A DNA stretch of 25,122 bases from Candidatus Fermentibacteraceae bacterium (GTDB lineage: Bacteria; Fermentibacterota; Fermentibacteria; Fermentibacterales; JCC-6): contig JAWLEP010000011.1 in assembly GCA_041686025.1 (NCBI GenBank), positions 42,712 to 67,833 of the forward strand, given 5' to 3'. The position numbers and the translations under genes are program-made. The notes under the pieces were generated by a model. It did not search any database and had not been told where the DNA came from. It saw only the letters and a list, made by a program, of their open reading frames with translations. Below, piece by piece: positions 24,697 through 25,122 of this stretch (its first letter is position 1; the number at the start of each line of letters is the position of its first letter).

Positions 24697-25116
24697 ATGC
24701 CCATATACGAGTACTACTGCAGAGACTGCAACACGGTATACCAGTTCCTGGTCAAGCGGATGGGCGAGGAGGCCCATCCCTCCTGCCCCAAGTGCGGGCG
24801 GGAGGACCTGGAGCGGGTGATGAGCCGGTTCTCCACAAAGAGCAAATCGTCGCCGGACCTGGGCAACCTGGAGGACGACCCCGACCTCTCCGGCATAGAC
24901 GAGAACGACCCCCGCTCAATGGCCCGGGCCATCCGGGCCATGGCCGACGAGATGGGCGAGGACCTGGGCCCGGAGCTTAACGAGGCCATATCCCGCCTGG
25001 AGGCCGGGGAGGACCCGGAGAAGATCGAGCGGGAGCTGGAGGAGATGGGCCTGGGCGACGACATGGCCGGCCCCGGGGAGCCCCCCTCCTACGACCCCGG
25101 CATCTACGACGCGTAA
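24697..25116 (+). CDS. FmdB family zinc-ribbon protein with acidic C-terminal domain (139 aa)
   Basis: MPIYEYYCRDC...CPKCG...LERVMSRF; C-terminal DENDPRSMAR...MGEDLGPE...RLEAGEDPE. SD GGAGGT. Confidence 0.9.
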   Translation: MPIYEYYCRDCNTVYQFLVKRMGEEAHPSCPKCGREDLERVMSRFSTKSKSSPDLGNLEDDPDLSGIDENDPRSMARAIRAMADEMGEDLGPELNEAISRLEAGEDPEKIERELEEMGLGDDMAGPGEPPSYDPGIYDA

Positions 25117-25122
25117 GCGTCG

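Noticed and set aside
1..25122. CRISPR arrays, tRNA/rRNA, IS elements, prophage or defence genes
   Set aside because: No regularly spaced repeats, cloverleaf motifs, or transposase, integrase or nuclease signatures were seen. The intergenic gaps are all under 200 bp and codon bias is largely uniform.

Overview
High-GC (roughly 68-70% by eye), gene-dense bacterial core-genome segment with 26 supportable CDSs. I found no rRNA, tRNA, CRISPR array or mobile element. Gene order: pilin-like membrane protein, rpoZ, PpiC-TPR lipoprotein, LpoA/LppC-like lipoprotein, ROK kinase, lptD, hup, GT2, polyprenyl-phosphate glycosylphosphotransferase, trxA, trxB, PDO-type disulfide oxidoreductase, putative beta-barrel; then (minus) rseC-tldD-tldE; a TPR + FG-GAP + ASPIC/UnbV protein; (minus) YdjM-like membrane hydrolase; DegT aminotransferase; two small exported hypotheticals; pdxS-pdxT; DUF89/ARMT1-like phosphatase; FmdB zinc-ribbon protein. 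The LptD type (C-terminal DLHCWE...FRINIK) suggests a diderm of the FCB superphylum, possibly a candidate phylum such as Fermentibacterota; this is inference only. Three signals stand out. (1) Predicted exported proteins carry about 8-fold more D-[S/T]-[AILVMT] motifs (the Bacteroidetes O-glycosylation sequon) than the other proteins, suggesting a general protein glycosylation system. (2) The first gene looks like a two-module pilin-like protein with a split Cys3His zinc site and a ~200-aa insertion. (3) Several intergenic regions are structured or regulatory: an anti-SD rod before hup, a 26-bp perfect palindrome before rpoZ, bidirectional promoters and a leaderless pdx operon. All calls rest on motif recognition by eye; no database searches were run.
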